From Octopus vulgaris (Eukaryota), in assembly GCA_951406725.2 (NCBI GenBank), contig OX597837.1, forward strand, positions 21,204,001-21,268,000: 64,000 nt of DNA, written 5' to 3'. The notes under the pieces were generated by a model that was not told the DNA's origin, did not search any database, and saw only the letters and a list, made by a program, of their open reading frames with translations. Within the stretch, counting starts at the first letter, position 1. Each line of letters starts with the position of its first letter. Positions 26,966-43,802 of this stretch are shown piece after piece. The position numbers and the translations under genes are program-made.

Positions 26966-27429
26966 TGTATGTATGTATATGCATATGTATATATGTGTGT
27001 GTGTACATATGTATGTATGTATATATATATGATGTACATGTGTGTGTGTGTTTTATGTATATGTGTAAACATGTTTCAAGTGTGTGCTCTGTGTATCAAT
27101 GTGGGTATTTGTGTGCATATGTGAATGCATATGCCTGATGTCTGTAGTGCGTTTTGTTTATATGCGTGTGTCTATGTGTTTGTGTGTGCATATAAATGTG
27201 CATGAGTGCATGTGTATATATGTATGTATGCACATAAATGCATGTGTGGGTCTGATTCTCCACGTAGTGTGTTCTGTCTGCATAGGTATTTCTCAGGGTA
27301 TGTAAGAGTGCGTGTATGTTTCTGTGTATGCGTATGTATATAAGTCTGTTCTTTGTGCATGTGTATATGAATATATGTGAGGTGTGTGTTTGCCTGTGGG
27401 AGCGCACGTACATGTGTGTATGTATGTGT

Positions 27430-27467
<38 letters not shown>

Positions 27468-27704
27468 ACGCAAAAGGTGAGTTTGTTTGCGTGCATCTGC
27501 ATGTATGTGAAGCGTATGGTCTCTGCACATGCATGCATATATGGGTGTGTGTGTAAGTGATATATGTATGTGTATGAGGGATGAATTGTTTCTACATTTG
27601 TGTGCTTATATGTGCTTGTGTGTGCATGCGTATGCATGTGCGCTGGTGTGCATTAGTGTTTCTGTTTTCTCTGCATGTGTGCGTATGCAAATGTGAGGTG
27701 TGTG

Positions 27705-27758
<54 letters not shown>

Positions 27759-27909
27759 TTTATATGTTTATGTGTGTGTATGTGAGATGCATAGATTCTA
27801 TACACATGTGCTTTTAATGTGTGTATTTTATTTGTGTGTGTGTAAGTATGTGTATGTGTATGTATATGTTTGCATACATCTGTGTATGACCTCTAAATAT
27901 ATTTGCTTC

Positions 27910-27950
<41 letters not shown>

Positions 27951-28204
27951 GCATGTTTGTGAGTTAATATGTGCATATGTGTGAGTGTATACATACATAC
28001 ATATATATATATATACATACATACATACATACATACATACAGACAGACAGACAGACAGATAGACAGACAGACAGACAGACAGATAGATAGATAGATAGAT
28101 AGATAGACAGACAGATAGATAGACAGATAGATAGATGGATGGATAGATAGATAGATAAATAGATAGATAGACAGACAGACAGACAGAAAGACAGACAGAC
28201 AGAC

Positions 28205-28235
<31 letters not shown>

Positions 28236-28418
28236 TAGACAGATAGATAGATAGACAGATAGATAGATAGATAGATAGATGGATAGATAGATAGATAGAT
28301 AGATATAGATATATATATGAGGTGTGTGATCTCTGTGTAACTGTGGTTTTGCATTCTTCATGTGTATCTCTGTATGTGCGTGTATGTGTAGTATGAAGGT
28401 GCATGAGATGTGTGTGTG

Positions 28419-28450
<32 letters not shown>

Positions 28451-28846
28451 GTGAGATATGTGGTTACAACATGTATGTGTATATCTGCTTGTGTGTGTGT
28501 TTGTGTACATGTGTGTGTATGTATCTGCTTGTTTTTGAGTGTATGTGTGTGTATCTGCTTGTATTTGTGTATATGCATATGTGTGTGTGTATAACAGCTT
28601 GTATTTGTGTGTGTGTGAGTGTGAGTGTGTGTGTGTATCAGTTTGTATTTGCACATATATGTGCGTTTGTATGTATGTGTGTGTGTGTTTGTTTATACGT
28701 GTGTGCATGTGTGAGATGTGTGCTCTCAGTCTATACGTGTATGTGCCTAAGCACTTGTGTGAGTTTGTGTATGTGTGTGAGTATATGTGTCTGCATGTGT
28801 GTATTCGTGTATGTATGTATGTGTCTGTGCATGTGTGTTTGTGCAT

Positions 28847-28878
<32 letters not shown>

Positions 28879-28880
28879 GG
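26070..28880. repeat. Degenerate (TG)/(TA)/(GATA)/(GACA) microsatellite field
   Basis: Direct inspection; one SINE C tail fragment at about 26560-26690. Confidence 0.9.
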
Positions 28881-28949
28881 TTATTTTATTTTTTTTGTAG
28901 AATATTTTCTTTTTATAATTTATTGATCGAAGTATTTCCAATGGAATGG

Positions 28950-31430
<2,481 letters not shown>

Positions 31431-31784
31431 GGAACGGTTCCATACTTGATAGCTTGATTTGTAAGAAGTAGCAACTAAATCCGTCTTTAATCACCCTTAC
31501 CACAAACAGCCTCCTCCCTTCCAATTGGAATGCCTTTGATCATAGGACTGCTCAATTAGAGATGACCCAGGGCTAAGCAACAACAACAATGACAATCACC
31601 ACCTCAGCAAATAACCTCTTACTATCACTCTTACTGCTACAACCACTTCCTTACATTCACCCATAATCAGAATGGTCACCACCACCACTACCACCACCAC
31701 CACCATCGCAATCACCACCACCACCACCACCCTAAGCATTACTATTGCTAATACTAACTACTACCATTTATATTTTTGTTTTTA

Positions 31785-32773
31785 CCTTTTACTTATTTCA
31801 GTCATTCAACTGCGGCCATGCTGGGGCACTGCCTTGAAGAATTTTTAGTCAAACAAATCGACCCCAGGACTTGAAGCCAAGTAGTTATTCCATTGGTCTC
31901 TTTTGCTGAACTGCTAAGTCACAAGGACATAAATGCACCAACACCAATTATCAAGCAGTGGTGAAGGACAAATACAAACACAAAGACACACATACATACA
32001 TACATACATACATACATACACATACATACATACATACATACATACATACACACATACATACATACACACATACATACATACATACATACATACATACATA
32101 CATACATACATACACACATACATACATACACACATACATACATACATACATACATACATACATACACACATACATACATACATGCATACATGCATACATA
32201 CATACATACACACATACATACATACATACATACATACATACACACATACATACATACATGCATACATGCATACATACATACATACACACATACATACATA
32301 CATACATACATACATGCATACATGCATACATACATAAATATATATATATTCTCTTTACTCTCTTTTACTCTTTTACTTGTTTCAGTCATTTGACCGCGGC
32401 CATGCTGGAGCACCGCCTTTAATCGAGCAACTCGACCCCGGGACTTATTCTTTTGTAAACCCAGTACTTATTCTATCTCTTTTGCCGAACCGCTAAGTAA
32501 CGGGGACATAAGCACACCAGCATCGGTTGTCAAGCAATGCTAGGGGACACATACACACAAACACACACAAACACATACACGCACATATATATATATATAC
32601 ATATATACGACGGGCTTCTTTCAGTTTCCGTCTACCAAATCCACTCACAAGGCTTTGGTCGGCCCGAGGCTATAGTAGAAGACACTTGCCCAAGGTGCCA
32701 CGCAGTGGGACTGAACCCGGAACCATGCGGTTGGTAGACAAGCTACTTACCACACAGCCACTCCTGCGCCTAT

Positions 32774-32807
<34 letters not shown>

Positions 32808-32988
32808 TTTCACTTTTTTACTTGTTTCAGTCATTTGACTGTGGTCATGCTGGAGCACCGCCTTTAGTCGAGCAAATCGACCCCAGGACTTATTCTTTGT
32901 AAGCCTAGTACCTATTCTATCAGTCTCTTTTGCTGAACTGCTAAGTTACAGGGATGTAAACACACCAAACACAGACACACAAACATAT

Positions 32989-33033
<45 letters not shown>

Positions 33034-33243
33034 TATATACAACAGGCTTCTTTCAGTTTCCGTCTACCAAATCCACTCACAAGGCTTTGGTTGGCCCAAG
33101 GCTTTGGTTGGCCCAAGGCTTTGGTTGGCCTTTGGTTGGCCCAAGGCTATAGTAGAAGACACTTGCCCAAGGTGTCACGCAGTGGGACTGAACCCGGAAC
33201 CATGTTGTTCATCGGCAAGCTACTTACCACACAGCCACTCCTA
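31785..33243 (-). mobile_element. Cluster of three SINE A copies/pieces with a ~350 bp (CATA)n expansion
   Basis: Tail at 31785-31980, (CATA)n at 31990-32337, young copy at 32354-32770, and copy at 32808-33243 with an internal aggctttggttggccc multiplication. Confidence 0.85.
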
Positions 33244-33588
33244 CACCTATTATATATATATATAATTTAAAAGTTCAAATAAGTTATCACTATCTATAAA
33301 AATAATGATAAGGTGGTTAGCAAACATTATTCAAATAAGTAAAATATATAATAAAAAGTCAGGACACGATAAGTACCTGTTTGCTTGAAAGAGGAGTCAA
33401 AACCCTCCAAAACTACGTATCTCTCACTATATGTAAGCACGCATGGAGAATATAGCAAATATATTTCTCCAAAACAGTCCTCCCACTTGTAAGATATATA
33501 TAGTAAAATTCAAATAAGATCATAGACATCCTGGTATCAATTGATTTTGCTTTCTGTGTTCAACTTATACATATCTATATATATATAT

Positions 33589-33761
33589 ATATTGTTGTAT
33601 TTCGGAATGGTCATTTTGCCAGTTTAGCCAATAAAAACACACGCACTATATATTTGGTGTTACTTTGCTTCAGTGTAATTTATTTTTTACATTAATCTTA
33701 TTAGTGCGTGTGTTTTTATTGGCTAAACTGGCAAAATGACCATTCCGAAATACAACAATAT
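33589..33761. repeat. Perfect 60 bp inverted repeat within an insert in (TA)n (Penelope-like inverted terminus)
   Basis: 33589-33648 is the reverse complement of 33702-33761; 53 nt spacer. Confidence 0.85.
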
Positions 33762-33803
33762 CTGTTTCAACACACGACTTCACATAAAAATCTTGCACAA
33801 CAA

Positions 33804-33842
<39 letters not shown>

Positions 33843-33889
33843 CATGCAGGAAGTAAATAGACACCTTTAATTTTCAAAATCTTTTATTT

Positions 33890-34215
33890 GATATTTATTT
33901 GTTGAAGGTGAGGTTTTCTTCTAGCTTCTTATCCATAATAGCCAAGCTTATGCAGATATCTAAAACCCATTCTTGGACTAACTTCTCGCTGATTTGCAAT
34001 GTCAGAAGCTTTTGAACGAGGTTCGTTTTCCACAATTCCCTTCACTCAGTGAAGCTTCCTTTCTGAGGGTCCATATTAACCAGGATGAGAATCTGTTGAT
34101 TCTTTTCCTTGGCTTTTGAATTACACTATAATTCTATTAACAGTAGCAAGAGGAATTTGAAGATTTTCAGCAATTTTTCGCAAACTGCAAATCCTTTTCA
34201 GTTTGCAGAGTCACT
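33890..34215 (-). pseudogene. Tc1-family transposase N-terminal HTH remnant
   Basis: Manual translation SLRKIAENLQIPLATVNRIIV*FKSQG...VENEPRSKASDIA...VSPRMGFRYLHKLGYYG*EARRKPHL has several stops and the Tc1 HTH/RKKP pattern. Confidence 0.7.
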
Positions 34216-35234
34216 TTGCACACATGGCAAACACCGTTAACATAAAGAAAAGTATCTCATCTTTACTCTAGGAACTTCCTCACCTTCAGTCATTAATGAA
34301 TGCATCGCATTTGCCTAATCAGCTTCTCCTTGTTTAACATATTCACATTTAAGCAATCCCTCATCTGTACATACATTTCTTCCTTCTCTTCTCCTGACCT
34401 TGACTCCTTTCTCTGCTTCGCTTTTCAAATTTAGCACTCACCTTCATCAATGGCCTTATTAATCAACTTCTGGTCCTCGGTCCTGCTTCCTGTCATTTGC
34501 TCTCATAATCCATACTAATATAGAAACAGGATCTTCAAATTCCTGCAACCACCAAACTAGTTTATCGGTACCTTGCACAGACTAGTATCTTGCACGGTAC
34601 AGTATTAATGAACATGTATCATTTATACCAGTGCTCTGCAACTGGCATGTCACGGCACAATGGTGTTCCACAAGGCGATGCTAGGTGTGCCGCAGTCATC
34701 ATCACCATCATCATCATCGTTTAACGTCCATTTTCCATGCTAGCATGGGTTGGACGGTTCAACTGGGGTCTGGGAAGCCAGGAGGCTGCACTAGGCCCAG
34801 TCTGATCTGGCAGTGTTTCTAACGCCAAGCACTCTGTGAGTGTAGTGGGTGCTTTTTACGTGCCACCTGCACAGGTGCCAGATGAGGCTGGCAAACGGCA
34901 GTGTAACCTGAATATGATATTCTTCCCTATACTTTTTGCTCAGGTGTGCCACCGAATTTTAAAAAAAATATGTGTACTGCAAGTGACAAAATCTTACAGA
35001 ACACTGATTTATACTAATGTACAGGTAACTTTGCATGATTTCCAAAATGGCCATTATTATCATAGGTTATCTCCCTTATTTGCTGTCCAACGTCAGTGAT
35101 CCTGTAATCTCCCACTCACTTTTTCTTTTTCTTTGTCCTCCTCCATTTTTTTTCTATTTTCTCTTGTTTTCAACTCTTTTATATTTTCACTATTTCCAAT
35201 CTATCCATTCAGTTTCTTCTAAAAATATCATCAA

Positions 35235-35745
35235 TTGAAGCATCAACACCTACAACACCAACGACACCACCAACATCAACACCACTAATACCACCGTCAA
35301 CAACACCAACATCAACACCATCATCATCACCACCACCACCACCACCACCTATACCACTATCAATACCACCACCAACACCAATATCATTACCACCACCACT
35401 GTCAATACCACCATTAACACCAATACTAACACCACCAACACAACTAAAACCACCAACAACACCACCACCACCACCATCACCATCACTACCAACACAACCA
35501 ACACCAACACAACCACCACAAAACACAACTACCACCACCACCATCACCACCACCACCACCTTCACTTCCACCAACACAACTACCAACACCACCATCACCA
35601 CCACCACCACCACCTCACTTCCACCAACACAACTACCACTAACACCACAATCATTACCTCTCCATACCGTCACCATCACTTTCATCACCACTCACACAGC
35701 CTTTGCACATCACCAGCATCACCACCATCACCACCATCACCACAT
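35235..35745. repeat. Degenerate (CAC/CAA)n field
   Basis: Direct inspection. Confidence 0.85.
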
Positions 35746-36137
35746 GCCCAAAGCATCAAATTTTCCTCTCTTACTCAAGACAAATCAATTTATTTCACTT
35801 TTGAACGGTTTATAACTCACCAACCAACAGCACAAACCATCCCTAGTGTCTTCTGATCCTTCTCTCTACTTTACAGTCCAAATTAATCGACTCCAATTTG
35901 TTGTTAGTATTTATTTTTTATTGTTATCGGTGTGACTGTGTGATAAGAAGTTTGCTTCTAAACCACAAGGTCCTGGTTTCAGTCCCACGACATGGCACCT
36001 TGGGCAGATGTCTTTTACTATAGCTCTGGGCCAACCAAAGCTCTGTGAGTGGATTTTCATCATCATCATCTACATGAAAATTAAAAGATATCCATCATAC
36101 ACACATATACATACATGTGTGTGTGTGTGTTTATATA

Positions 36138-37390
36138 CAGGGTGTAACAGGTACTTTGGGACCATTTAAGTATCTTTATTATAATTGGTATAACTTGAAA
36201 AAATCAAACACTGCAAATTTTGTTTATTCCAATTCATTGTTGAGTATTTAGCACTTATTTCAGTTCAGTGTGACCACTATTTGCTTTCTTTAGCAGTTCA
36301 ATCCGTTTATGAAATGATGCGCATGCCTTAACTATTTCTTTCTTTTACACTTTATAAAATTCTCGCATGATCAAAACCTTCAGTGAAGACACACAGTTGT
36401 GAGAAGTTGTGTTGGATATTGCTTCAACTGTGACCTATAGCCAAAAACCACACGGATTCAAATCTGGTGAGCTAGGGGGCCAGATATTTTTAGGAGCAAA
36501 CAAAGGCATTTCCTTCTTCAAAAATTCTTGCACTCTTTTCAAAGAATGGGCAGGCTCAGAGTCCTGTACAAACATGACTCGCCTTGCACCATAATGCTTC
36601 CTAATCCAAGGTAACAATTTTGAGATACTCTGCTGGGTTGACTTCAAGACCCACTTCAACAAAATGAGGAGGCAAGAATTTCCCATTGCTTGCAACAATT
36701 CCAAAGACCATAACAGGAGCTGGATTCTTGCTATGCATAACTGAAGGAACTTGGGAATGGTCATATGTTATCGCTCATGAGTTTTGACAGTTTGCAACTT
36801 TGTCTATCACGAACTTCTTTTCATCCATGAAGATGCGGATGTTGCTACCATGATGTTTCAGATGACTAAGAAGTTTGTGACTTCTTTCAGCTTGAATGGC
36901 TTTGAAGCAACTTGTTATGATGTTACAGTGTCTCCCCATGTATGATTTCATATGGAGGTCTTGTCTCACAGCCCAAGAAATGGTCATTTTACTTATTCCT
37001 TAATCTTGAGGCAATGTTGCCAGCAATTTTGATGGGTTCACCTTAATCGATCTTTCAAGTCCTGTTAAGAAGTGAGATGTGTGTTTTCAGTCACAATGAG
37101 GACTGTGAGGCTTTCTCTGAACATCCTGACTTCTTCAAATTGGCAACAACTCTAAAAACAGTAGATTTGGCATACTTTGTGACTCTAACAATCCCCCCAG
37201 TACTTTTGCTAGCACGGAATAATTCAGAGGTTTAATTCTTTATTAAAATCATAATTTGTTCAATCTGAAATACAAAATAGTATTAGTGATTATTCAAGCT
37301 GGTAATATTTAAAATTTAGATTCCAACAAAATCTATACAATTGGAAGTATATCCATTTGAAATTTGTTCTAATTTGCCTGTTGCCCCCTG
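36138..37390 (-). mobile_element. Decayed Tc1/mariner-superfamily (maT/DD37D-like) transposon, near full length
   Basis: ta|cagggtgtaacagg ... cctgttgccccctg|ta. Fragments IFMDEKKF, MFVQDSEPAH and WPPSSPDLNPCGFWL. Confidence 0.85.
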
Positions 37391-37394
37391 TATA

Positions 37395-37478
<84 letters not shown>

Positions 37479-37658
37479 AATATATATATTTATACATAAA
37501 ATATAAATTAGAGATAAAACCACTATTATGCAACTCAAACAGTGATAGACATAAACCAAAACATAAATAACAAATAATATATATTTTAATAAAACATATA
37601 ACTTGTAACTAGATCTCAAAAAGTATAAAATGAATGATCAATATATAATAAGTAAAAA

Positions 37659-37758
37659 AACTATGTACGTTGCATGGCTACAATTAAATTTGAATTACAA
37701 TTAAGTTTAAATTCAATTGGAATAAATTCGATTTAAAATTATAGTCAATCTTCAGGTT
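37659..37758 (-). ncRNA. Decayed hammerhead ribozyme-like motif in a Penelope-like terminus
   Basis: aac-CUGAAGA-[long stem II ugacuauaauu/aauuguagcca]-GCAA-cguaca-UA-guu. GAAA and the cguacg palindrome each carry one change, so the triplet now reads AUA (GUA inferred ancestrally). Confidence 0.5.
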
Positions 37759-37915
37759 AATACTAAATTGAATTTTTCCCTGTAAGTTTGGAGTTATACT
37801 CCCTAATATTATTATTATTATATTTATACATATCATCATCATCATCATCATCATCGTTTAGCGTCCGTTTTCCATGCTAGCATGGGTTGGACTGTATGTA
37901 TATATATATATACAT

Positions 37916-37968
<53 letters not shown>

Positions 37969-38016
37969 AAAACGGACGCTAAACGATGATGATGATATAT
38001 ATATATATATATATAT

Positions 38017-38420
38017 GAGGGAGAGTCAAAAGTTATATGCACCCTTGTCTTTTTCAATGTATGTACACAAAAGCAGGGGACAAACAAGTATGTCACTTTT
38101 CTACATAGTCTCCTTCCTTTTTCTCCTTCCTTTTCGATGCACTTGGTCCAGTGGTCCACAAGCTTGCAAATTCCCTCCAAGAAGGTTTTTAGTTGGTTGT
38201 GCAACCATTTATGCAGTGCTTCCTTCACATCTTCATCTGTAGAAAATTGACAACGTCATAAACCATCTTTGAGAGGTCCAAAGATATAATAGTCGGAAGG
38301 GGCAAGTAGCAGGGTGTTCCAGCACCTCAAAACCCAAATGGTTAATGGTTTCAATGGTTTGGGTGGCCTTGAGTGGGTTACATTGTCATGCAACAGCAAA
38401 ACCTTTTTTGACAAAAGGGT
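38017..38420 (-). mobile_element. mariner transposase C-terminal remnant
   Basis: VLLLHDN...LAPSDYYIFGPLKDGL...GICKLVDHWTKCIEKEG; terminus abuts (TA)n. Confidence 0.8.
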
Positions 38421-38439
38421 TTGGCATTTGGTATAAATT

Positions 38440-38935
38440 ACTCCATCAGGCATTTGCCATATTCTGAATGCCTCACTTCCCTGGGCATGGATACATTGAA
38501 GCTTCGACATCTGGCAGCTGACTTGGAAGACACCCATAAAATTATTAACCGTTTTACTAACAATAACTCTGAGCACCTTTTCAAACTCCACCTATCTAAC
38601 ACCCGTGGACATGTTTACAAAGTCAGAAAACAGCACAGCTCCCATGACTTTCGGAAACATTTTTTCATGCTAAGAGTTGCTGAAGTATGGAACAAACTGC
38701 CCGCATCAGTTGTTAGTTGTCGGAGCACTGCATCCTTCAAAACTTCCATGCTTCATGAGATTCGCCAACACTGCACCTGATCTTCTCTCCTCCATATACA
38801 CGCAAGCATGCATCTGACTCATTCACTGTTCACTTCCCAGACATTTGTACATTACTGCATATGCTTTATATGCACTTTTGACAATTCGTGGTGCACCTGA
38901 GCACTGAATACAATAATTTCATTATTATTTTTATT
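38440..38935 (+). mobile_element. CR1-clade LINE 3' end with (ATT)n tail
   Basis: LPYSECLTSLGMDTL...NTRGHVYKV...RKHFFMLRVAEVWNKLP is a CR1 RT C-terminal signature. The same 3' UTR occurs at about 20827-20948 and 18100-18170. Confidence 0.85.
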
Positions 38936-39271
38936 ATTTTAAAATATTTTCTTATTCATTTGCATGGAAACAGACACAATTCCACTGAATCTTTTGGAAA
39001 ATCAGTTACTGACAAGTTTTTTATCTTTTACCTCTTGCTTGTTTCAGTCATTAGACTGTGGCCATGCTAGGGCACCACCTTGAAGAGTTTTAGTTGAACT
39101 CATTGTCCCCAGCACTTGTTTTTTCTTTCTTTATATTTTTTGTAAAGCCTGGTACTTATTCTATCAGTCTCTTTGGCCAAACTGCTAAGTTATGGGGACA
39201 TAAGTACACCGGTTGTCACACAGTGGTAGGGGACAAGCACATACACAAAGGCACACACACATGCATGCACA

Positions 39272-39325
<54 letters not shown>

Positions 39326-39709
39326 ACACACACACACACACACTTCTTTCTGTTTCTGTCTACAAAATCCACTCAAAAGGCTTCGGTCAGCCCAAGACTA
39401 TACATTTGCCCAAGGTGCCACACAATGAGACTGAACTCAGAACCATGTGATTGGAAAGCAAATGTCTTACCCAACAGCCACTCCAGCCCAAAGTATTTTC
39501 ATAAGTGTGTGCTAAACATCCATGCTTGTTTTCAGACTTCAGTTAGCCCTTGCTACAGTACAGTGACATCATTCTTAGATTATAACTATGTAACAAAGTG
39601 CATTGTGTGCACATTCCACCCTTCTGTAATAACATCCAATTGTCTGGTTGACACAATGACACAGCAATATACCACAACATGCAAATGTATATATATGCAC
39701 ACTTATGTA

Positions 39710-40345
39710 ATTTATTTTTAACACATACTTGTACAACATAATCTGAATGACATTCACTGTGAGATTTTGTCTTGGATTTTGTATTTAAAAACAAACCCAG
39801 TTCCAAACAACACCAGCAGACTATCAAACACTGAGTTTTGGCTTAATTTCACCTCTTGGTGACAGACACTGCCTCAGTCATTTGGAGCTAGAGAGGAACT
39901 TATGCTTCTATATGGAAAACAACAAACAAAACATTTGCTGTGCTTGTCAAGTTAGAATTTATTAACTTTGAGCAGGAAAAACAGAAAGAATCAAAATAAA
40001 AAAGTGTACATTTATTTTTAACATATTCTGTACATAAATGACACTGCCTCAGTCATTTGGTACTAGAAAAGAACTTATGTTCCTATATGGAAAATGGCAG
40101 ACAAAACATTTGCTGTGTGTACTAAAGCATGTCAAGTTGGAATTTATTAACTATAAGCACAAAAAGCAAAAAGAATCAAAATAATGAAGTGTACATTTAT
40201 TTTTAACACATTCCAGCACATTGACATTCACTGCAGAATTTTGTCTTGGTGAATGAATCTCTTCCCAAGAATTTGTGTTTAAAAACCCATTGAACTCCAA
40301 ATGACATCAGCTGACTATCACAGTTTTTGGGGCTTAATTTCACTT
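39710..40345. repeat. Old local duplication (A-B-B'-A')
   Basis: gacactgcctcagtcatttgg...gtgtacatttattt occurs twice (about 39865-40030 and 40040-40215); gacattcactg...gcttaatttcac also occurs twice. Confidence 0.75.
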
Positions 40346-40807
40346 TCCCAGCAAGAGACAGTTACATTCTGTTTTGAATCAGAAGAATCATTGTGAAATA
40401 GTTTTAACTTTTTAACATCTGCGATGATTCTGACATTGATGTAGCTGTGCCTCGGAGGGTAACTTTCTAGATGTAATCCCATGGTCATTCATGACCAAAG
40501 GGGTCAACTGATCCTGGCTATTGATAGTTTGTTGTCCGTTCATCATCTGCTCAATACCAAAGTAATATTCACCATTGATTCAATAAATTCATCTACTGAA
40601 ATAGTTCACATTCACCCTGCTACATCCCATGATTTCAACATGCCCTACCTCAGGCTATTTTAATTCACAGCTGGGACCAAGACAAATGCTACAACTCTGG
40701 ATCAGAGTAGACCTGGAATGAATAGTGGTTAAGAGATGGCTCCACTCTTCTCTAAACCTTGGAACTCCTGAACCAGGGTCCCACTTCAGGATACAGTTTA
40801 AAGTCTT

Positions 40808-41026
40808 ACTCTTTACTCTTTCTACTCTTTACTTGTTTCAGTCATTTGACTGCGGCCATGCTGGAGCACCGCCTTTAGTCGAGCACATCGACCCCAGGAC
40901 TTATTCTTTGTAAGCCTAGGACTTATTCTATCGGTCTCTTTTGCCGAACCGCTAAGTTGCGGGGACATAAACAAACCAGCATTGGTTGTCAAGCAATGTT
41001 GGGGGAACAAACACAGAAACACAAAC

Positions 41027-41103
<77 letters not shown>

Positions 41104-41260
41104 CGACAGGCTTCTTTCAGTTTCCATCTACCAAATCCACTCACAAGGCTTTGGTCGGCTCGAGACTATAGTAGAAGACACTTGCCCAAGGTGCCACGCA
41201 GTGGGACTGAACCCGGAACCATGTGGTTGGTAAGCAAGCTACTTACCACACAGCCACTCC
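40808..41260 (-). mobile_element. SINE family A (young)
   Basis: Full-length reverse copy. Confidence 0.88.
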
Positions 41261-43492
41261 AACACCTAAAATGTAATTAGTGAGTTGGAAAGAATTTCAT
41301 TAACATTAACTGATGATTATCCACACAATTAGAAGATGGGAACTCTTTCCAGTGATGTTAGAAATCTTAAAAAACGAGAAACAAGGGGGGAGAACTCCAA
41401 TAATATCAGCTAATCGAAATTTCTGGAAAATACAGAAATACAAACAATCTGGTTGTGATAGAAATTCATGTATGATACTGAAATAGAGGTGGGAGAAGCC
41501 CAGTGGGAAATGAGGAGAAGAGGTGGTGGAGGGGGTGCAGATTTCTCATTGAGAAAAAAAGAAAGAGAGGGAATTTATTGCAGAGATGGTACAAGTTCAC
41601 TAAGATAGACAACACATGTTAAACAGCGTTTAGTTTGTTGAAGTATGCAGAGAAGGTGAGCAGCATCTATTTTAGCAGCCAACATGATTCCACACTGATT
41701 GTATGCGCACGCACACACATCTGCCTGTATATATGTTTGTGTGTTTGTCTGTGTGTGTGTGTATGTGTGTGCATGTGTGTGAGTATGAGCGCGTGCTTGT
41801 ATATGTGTATGTATATATATGCCTCTATAATGTACACATGTATAATGTATACATATATGTATATATATATATATATGTCTGTATAATGTGTGTGTGTATA
41901 TATATATGTATGTATATATATATATATGTGTGCGTGTGTGTGTATGTATGTATGTATATATGTATGTATGTAGGTAGGTATGTATGTGTCCATATATATA
42001 TAATGTGTGTGTGGTGTGTATAAGTGTTTGCATGTGTATGTATGTGTGTGTGTCTGTGCATGTATATAATTCTGTGTACTAATGTGTGTATGTGTGTGTG
42101 TGTGTGTATGAAGAGATGTATATGTAGTTGTGTAGGTAGTGGTTTATATGTATCATGTGCAGTGGTGCATGTGTGTGTGTATGAGTGTAAGTGTGTAGTG
42201 GAGCACATATACTTGTATGTATTTAAGTGTACGTGTTGCTCTAACGCAGTATATGTGTCATACTAATGTATGTGTACATGTATGTATATGTATAGCTGTG
42301 CATGAACTGATGCATGTGTGTGTGTGTGTGTGCGCGTGTGCATGTAATTGTGCGTGTGTTGTGTACAGTGGAATATGTGTAGTAATATGCGTAGTGATGT
42401 CTGTGTGTTGGTGTTTGTGTTGTGCTGTTTGTATGTAGCTGCCATTAGCTATACCTATTCAGCTAGCTTGCTTGCTAAGATCTCCACCAAGTGCGCCCAC
42501 TGGCTACATCACCGTTTTGCCCGAGTGACCTATCTTAGTGAAGCTCTGTCATCTTTGATAGATAGAGCGAAAGAGAAGAAATAATGAATTACACGAGTGA
42601 AAGAGTGAAAGAACGACTGAGTGAGTGAATGAGTAAGTGAGTGAGTAAGTGAGTGAGTGAGAATATTGAAGGAGAATGAGAGAGTGAGAGCACGAGAGTA
42701 AGGAAGTGAAGAGGCGACTTATCAAATATACAAAAGGTAATTTGTATATCAAACACATAAAGAAGTTTTCGGTCACAGAGGAGCTGCTCAACTTCAAACT
42801 GCAGAAAGATGATGCAGAATATCACAAGAGGATCTCAACACCTGACATGAATTGGCTGGAAGAAGGAAATTCTGCGAAATGTTGAGAATCACAAACAGAC
42901 AAAATGGAACAAGGTTTAAACAGTAATATTAAGAATTATTGAAAGGAAACAGAAATAAATACTGTCATAATTATGGCACAAGGCCAGCAATTTTAGGGAA
43001 GGAGAAAAGCTGTTACATCAATCCCCAGTGCACAACTGGTATTTATTTTATTGACCATGAAAGAATGAAAGAAAAACCTCAGCAGAATTTTAACTCAGAA
43101 CATGAGGACAGATGAAATGCCGCCGAGCATTTTGCCCAACATTCTAATGATTCTGCCAGTGTGTTAATGATTTTTCCCAGCATGCTAACCATTCTTCTGC
43201 CCGGCATGTTAACGATTCTGCCAGCTCACTGCCTTAAATACTGTCACAATATTAACGAGTTCTATGTTAGTAAATACACACACACACACATACACACATA
43301 CATGTATACACACAGACACATATGTCATTATCATCATTAATCATCATCACCATCATTATTTGATGTCCGTTTTCCATGCTAGTATGGGTTGAACAGTTTG
43401 ATAGGATCTGGAGAGTCGCAGAGCTATGCAGAGCACCAACGTCAGCTTTGGTTTGGTTTCCACAGCTGGATGTTCTTCCTAATACTAACCAC

Positions 43493-43722
43493 TTTACTCC
43501 TTTACTTGTTTCAGTCATTTGACTGTGACCATGCTGGATCACTGCCTTTAGTCGAGCAAATCGACCCCAGGACTTATTCTTTGTAAGCCTAGTACTTATT
43601 TTATCGGTCCCTTTTGCCAAACCGCTACGTTACTGGGACGTAAACACACCAGCATTGTTTGTCATGCGATGTTGGGGGTGGGGACAAACACAGTCATACA
43701 AACATATACACACACATACATG

Positions 43723-43802
<80 letters not shown>

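Noticed and set aside
25969-28926. YIYI, CVCV and HTHT ORFs
   Set aside because: Dinucleotide and tetranucleotide microsatellite translations.
32527-32775. Recurrent ORFs such as DGLLSVSVYQIHSQGFG...CPRCHAVGLNPEPCGW (apparent CxxC gene family)
   Set aside because: These are antisense translations of SINE family A copies.
33380-33425. Possible hammerhead (tgaaaga-ggag...ctcc-aaaa-ctacg-ta)
   Set aside because: Both core boxes deviate and there is no convincing stem I.
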